From Myxococcota bacterium (lineage in GTDB: Bacteria; Myxococcota; XYA12-FULL-58-9; JABJBS01), in NCBI GenBank assembly GCA_036339465.1, contig JAYZAY010000001.1:1-64000 (forward strand): 64,000 nucleotides of DNA. The letters run 5' to 3'. Under the pieces are notes generated by a model that ran no database searches, was not told the origin of the DNA, and saw only the letters and a list, made by a program, of their open reading frames with translations. Made by a program: the position numbers and the translations under genes. Below are positions 60,188-64,000 of this stretch, in pieces. Position 1 is the first letter of the stretch, and each line of letters starts with the position of its first letter.

Positions 60188-61540
60188 CTACCGAAAAGTT
60201 CGGTCCCAAAGAAAAATAGTCTTTCCTGCAACCACATTGACTGTATAGGCCTTCGAAATCACGGGTTGATTGCTTGAATCAAGAAAGTCAATTTCCAAAA
60301 CATGCTCGCCCGGTGGCAAAAAGACCCGTCCAACGTCTATTCTGCTCGGCAACGTGATCCAACTGCGTTTATCGGCTTCCTCAGCGAGAGCACTGCCCCA
60401 GTTCATCAGTATGCCCGCAGCCTCTAATAAATTCCCACCTCCAGAATCGCTTTGTTTCCCTAGGGCTTGGACCCCCTTACTCGCGACATATTTCCCAATG
60501 GCTCTAGCAATGGCTTTTGCCTTAATTCGACCCATATGGTCCTGCAAATTCTGAATGGCAATCGCAGTTATATTCTCGAACAACTCGGTTTCAGCACTTC
60601 TGGCTCCCCCTTGCCAGTTCAATCTGGCTTTCCAAATGGTCGGTCGTTTCTCTACGAACCGCGGGTACGCAACCCTTATAATGTCTCCCCCAGATTGCGC
60701 CGTCCAAAACTGATCGATCTTGTAGGGAGCTTCTCCATTGAGATGCAAAAAAATAATTTCCCCAAGGCCCCGGTGCTGGTCTGGATCCTGCTTGCTAAGG
60801 TATGGGTACTCCGCGCGTAATGCGTTTCTTTCCTCCGAAAAATCGTCCCCAAGTTTGGTCAAGGCCATAAACGCATCTTCCACAACAAGCCTAGGAAGCA
60901 CGGTTTTATAGCGGGCGGCATAGTCTTCTTCAAAAAGCTTTAGAGATTTTCGGTAGTCTATCCAAGCATCATTGTATCCCGCATAAGTGCCCTCCGTAGA
61001 AGCCAACTTACCAGATAGCCACCGGGCGAAAGCGTCGTCCCTATACGCATTCTTGCTCTCTTCTGAATATTGCACATTAATGGCCTCGAGCTTATTGGTC
61101 ACCTGCCTCGCTTCCACTCGAGCGGCGCTCAGATCTCCGAGACCCATGTAATTCAATGACGCTATCAAGTGAATAAGCACCCGCTCAAAATCTTCCCCAG
61201 GATAAGACAATGCGTTGTCTGTTGTGAACAATGCCCCCGCGTGCTCGCTAACACTTTCGGTCCACAGCTCTTCGGATGCCGTTTTCGCAGCCTCAAGCCA
61301 CGTATTGGACTCAACGAATTTTTGGTCTAAATGAAGAACCACCGCTTTATCGAGAAAATAAAGAAGTCGATTCTTCTCCGAGCTATAAAAATCCTTTTTC
61401 GACTTATCTAGAAACTCATTGGCCGATGAAAAGTCGCCAGCCACCAACATGGGACGATATTGCTGGTAATGGCGCTGCATATTCAAGCCACACCCCAACA
61501 TCGGAATGATAAGCGCGAAATATACGAGGTATTTTTTCAT
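60188..61540 (-). CDS. COG3014-family lipoprotein
   Basis: Lipobox MLGC, LLYFLDK, Y.GEDFE, ARVEAR, A.IDY, ADKRSWITLP. Confidence 0.8.
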   Translation of the reverse strand: MKKYLVYFALIIPMLGCGLNMQRHYQQYRPMLVAGDFSSANEFLDKSKKDFYSSEKNRLLYFLDKAVVLHLDQKFVESNTWLEAAKTASEELWTESVSEHAGALFTTDNALSYPGEDFERVLIHLIASLNYMGLGDLSAARVEARQVTNKLEAINVQYSEESKNAYRDDAFARWLSGKLASTEGTYAGYNDAWIDYRKSLKLFEEDYAARYKTVLPRLVVEDAFMALTKLGDDFSEERNALRAEYPYLSKQDPDQHRGLGEIIFLHLNGEAPYKIDQFWTAQSGGDIIRVAYPRFVEKRPTIWKARLNWQGGARSAETELFENITAIAIQNLQDHMGRIKAKAIARAIGKYVASKGVQALGKQSDSGGGNLLEAAGILMNWGSALAEEADKRSWITLPSRIDVGRVFLPPGEHVLEIDFLDSSNQPVISKAYTVNVVAGKTIFLWDRTFR

Positions 61541-61551
61541 GGTAAAATGCG

Positions 61552-62178
61552 CTACCAGCTAACGGATCCCTGAGAAATTAACTTTTTAATTTCATGATCA
61601 CCAATCCAGGCTTTTTCACCACTGGTTGAATTGAGAAGTTCAAAGTTAACTTTATAAAACTTCGCTTTCTTACCTTGGACTTGATCTAAGATCGAGGTCA
61701 CCCGTACAGCAACAACATAATTAGCACCCGTTTCATTGCCAATACTCACATCGGAATCGTCAGAAAGCCGGCCCGATGCTGCTCTGTCTTGTTCACTTTC
61801 GACCGCTCCCAATTCCGCCCCTGCCTGAGCGAGCACGCGAACCTTGCCACTATTGATCATGGCTTTTTCGATATTCTTAATGAATACTTGTGAATCGATG
61901 TGCTCATCTGTCTTGTTAACAACCGAACGAACCCGAACCGCGGGCCTTTTCCCATAGGACTCCACAAACTGAATCAGCCACGGTGAATCGAAGCAATCAG
62001 AGATAAGGGCCTTCGAAACCAACTTTGCGTCGGTATCATTCCATTTACCCGATAAATCGGTCTGGGTATCCGCCGCCACCCTGGCCACTTGAATGCCCCG
62101 TGGAGCACAGCCTGTAACCACAAGTGACAGTGCCGCCACCGCCATAAATTTCGTTCCTGTCTGATTCAAAGAATTCAC
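61552..62178 (-). CDS. lpoB: LpoB-like lipoprotein (PBP activator/CsgG-like fold)
   Basis: Lipobox VTGC, DLSGKWNDTD, NKTDEHID, NSGKV, C-terminal W....EIKK. AAGGAG RBS with GTG start. Confidence 0.75.
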   Translation of the reverse strand: MNSLNQTGTKFMAVAALSLVVTGCAPRGIQVARVAADTQTDLSGKWNDTDAKLVSKALISDCFDSPWLIQFVESYGKRPAVRVRSVVNKTDEHIDSQVFIKNIEKAMINSGKVRVLAQAGAELGAVESEQDRAASGRLSDDSDVSIGNETGANYVVAVRVTSILDQVQGKKAKFYKVNFELLNSTSGEKAWIGDHEIKKLISQGSVSW

Positions 62179-62213
62179 TTTTTCTCCTTATGGTTCGCTT
62201 TCGAGATAGACGG

Positions 62214-63176
62214 TTATCGCTTAACCTTCCCTCGCATTTCGAGCATTAAGTCTTCCATATCTTTCATCTGGGTTTTTCTTAAATCCGCAAACGAAAATGG
62301 GCGTGGTTGCGTTAACACCTTCCCTGGCACTTGGCTAGATTGCGAACGCATTTTAGTGCCTCGGCTTCGGTCAACCACTGGATGAATGCCCCTCTGCTTG
62401 CGCGCTTCCACCCTTTTCTGGGCAAGAGTTTTTGGGATGACTGGTAATCCCTTGGCGCTTGTTCTCAACCAATTCAGAACCACAGTTGAACGTAAGGAGA
62501 AGTTAACATCGGTGATTGCCATTCCGTCGCTGGCTTGCCGCGCCACCGCAGTATTAATCCCTACAACGCGACCATTGGAATCGATTAAGGGTCCCCCAGA
62601 GTTACCCCGGTTCAGAGACGTCTCCGTCTGCAGCACATTTTTTCCCTTGACGCCCCCAAAATGGGCAACAAAGCTCGAAACAGCACCCGTCGTGAGTGTC
62701 CAAAGACCGGCCTGTTCGGGATGTCCAATTGCGACAACAGAGTCACCAATATCCACGGCTGTTGGATCTGCAAATGTAGCGGCTTCCAACCCCGTCGGAG
62801 GTCTTACAATCTTCAGCAACGCTAAGTCCAATTGGCTTGGAGGACTGTAGGCGACAATTTTCATAGAGTACCGTGCCCCTAAATCTTTCGAGTTATCGCC
62901 CGTAAGGGTAGGTGGTTTAAGGAAGGCAAAAATCTTTTCGAACCCTTCCCCCTCACCATTCAACACAACATGCGCATTGGTGACCACATATCCTTCTTTC
63001 TGCATGATGATTCCGGTTCCGCCACTACCCGCACCCTCGCCATCTGCCCCCAGTATCAGCACCACGGAAGGTGCGACTTTCTTATAGATCTCTTTAGGAG
63101 AGAGTGTTTGAGCCAAAGAAACGGAGGCCGCCATCGACACAAAACAAAACACGACAACAGAAAGTTTTAACTTCAT
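62214..63176 (-). CDS. Secreted trypsin-like (S1C) serine protease without PDZ domain
   Basis: Signal peptide, TNAHVV (His), DLALL (Asp), NRGNSGGPL (Ser). Confidence 0.9.
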   Translation of the reverse strand: MKLKLSVVVFCFVSMAASVSLAQTLSPKEIYKKVAPSVVLILGADGEGAGSGGTGIIMQKEGYVVTNAHVVLNGEGEGFEKIFAFLKPPTLTGDNSKDLGARYSMKIVAYSPPSQLDLALLKIVRPPTGLEAATFADPTAVDIGDSVVAIGHPEQAGLWTLTTGAVSSFVAHFGGVKGKNVLQTETSLNRGNSGGPLIDSNGRVVGINTAVARQASDGMAITDVNFSLRSTVVLNWLRTSAKGLPVIPKTLAQKRVEARKQRGIHPVVDRSRGTKMRSQSSQVPGKVLTQPRPFSFADLRKTQMKDMEDLMLEMRGKVKR

Positions 63177-63188
63177 TGACGCACCACC

Positions 63189-63224
63189 AAAAAAGCCCCG
63201 CAACGCGTCACGCATTCCGGGGCT
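63189..63224 (-). terminator. Intrinsic terminator between the LPP20 and protease genes
   Basis: Minus strand AGCCCCG-GAATGCG-TGA-CGCGTTG-CGGGGCT followed by a T run. Confidence 0.75.
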
Positions 63225-63250
63225 GCTTTCGAAATTCAATCATTTTAGGT

Positions 63251-63823
63251 TTATTCGCGCTTTGCTTCTTCTCTTTCGAGATCCAGATGCACACGCTCCG
63301 CATTCTTTTTAACATAGTCTCTTACTTCCGCATTCAAAGACTTCATTTTTTCAAGATTCCCCTTGAAGTTCTCAAGATCCAGCTTTGCCAACGAAAAAAC
63401 GGTCCCATCAGGATGAAAGAAATGGTCCACGACCTGCACCCCTGACAAGGTCTGCGCAGAGAAAGTTTTGACAACATTTTCAATGTGTTGCTCTTCATTC
63501 GATTCCCCACCTGTCGTGGTCGCTGACATATAATCCTTCATAAGCGAGGCACTGTAGGTTTCAAAAACCCTTGCGATATCCGCTCTCGCTCGGTTATCAG
63601 CGGTGAGTCTAGCCAGGGAAAAATCCTTCACCCCCGAAACGGAACCGACACCATAAAAGACCCTTCCGGAATCACCCCCAAAAGCGCCACCCCCCTTAAG
63701 AACCCAATCGGGATAATTAATCCCTTCAAAGCTCTTTGGGGCGTCACCTGCCTGCTTGCTACTGCCGCAAGCAGCCATTAGAAACGCCAACACGATTCCC
63801 ACCCCTAAATGTCTGCTCTTCAT
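63251..63823 (-). CDS. LPP20-family lipoprotein
   Basis: Lipobox MAAC, PDWV, FYGVG, A...A..RARADIA, TLSGV. AGGAG RBS. Confidence 0.82.
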   Translation of the reverse strand: MKSRHLGVGIVLAFLMAACGSSKQAGDAPKSFEGINYPDWVLKGGGAFGGDSGRVFYGVGSVSGVKDFSLARLTADNRARADIARVFETYSASLMKDYMSATTTGGESNEEQHIENVVKTFSAQTLSGVQVVDHFFHPDGTVFSLAKLDLENFKGNLEKMKSLNAEVRDYVKKNAERVHLDLEREEAKRE

Positions 63824-63898
63824 CTTTATCTCCTACAAACAAACTGAAAACTTCGCTGCTGCTAGCCTGGCCATAAACCTGGAGCGTAATGCGCGCAC

Positions 63899-63928
63899 AG
63901 CCTACTCCCGCTATTAAGACAGTGTCAA
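63899..63928 (-). promoter_or_regulatory. Possible sigma70-like promoter TTGACA-N18-TAGGCT for the lipoprotein operon
   Basis: Consensus -35 and weaker -10 upstream of the LPP20 gene. Confidence 0.4.
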
Positions 63929-64000
63929 GCCGGCGGGTGCCTACTGCACGAAATCGACGAGTTAAAAAAAAAATATATTCAATAATAGATAGAGCTCTGG

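Overview
Bacterial chromosomal window of mixed core and accessory genes. The host is most likely a marine Myxococcota/deltaproteobacterial lineage, inferred from a RomR homolog, many Cys-rich lipoproteins, PEGA/Kelch proteins and a nickel superoxide dismutase. Core genes: trpC-trpF-trpB-trpA, ffh, lon, queA-yajC-secD-secF (no tgt), scoAB, betB, djlA, moxR-DUF58. Lipid/steroid genes are abundant: a DUF35-thiolase pair, a MaoC-long FabG-thiolase operon, a HadAB-like pair, another MaoC, a steroid 5-alpha-reductase and a patatin. There are three histidine kinases and one NtrC-type regulator. No tRNA, rRNA, CRISPR array, transposase or phage gene was recognised. The most notable observations: (1) a long G-U-rich hairpin behind a sigma70-like promoter at about 55.4 kb, a candidate ncRNA; (2) a decayed nickel-transporter gene (sodT/UreH-like) right after sodN-sodX; (3) a RomR with a natural Asp-to-Asn change at the phosphoacceptor; (4) an LPP20-trypsin protease-LpoB-like-COG3014 envelope operon with an internal terminator; (5) a 42% acidic microprotein; (6) a cluster of GGA-loop hairpins; (7) a 13 x 15 bp tandem repeat in a lipoprotein. 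All calls come from motif recognition by eye; no database searches were run.
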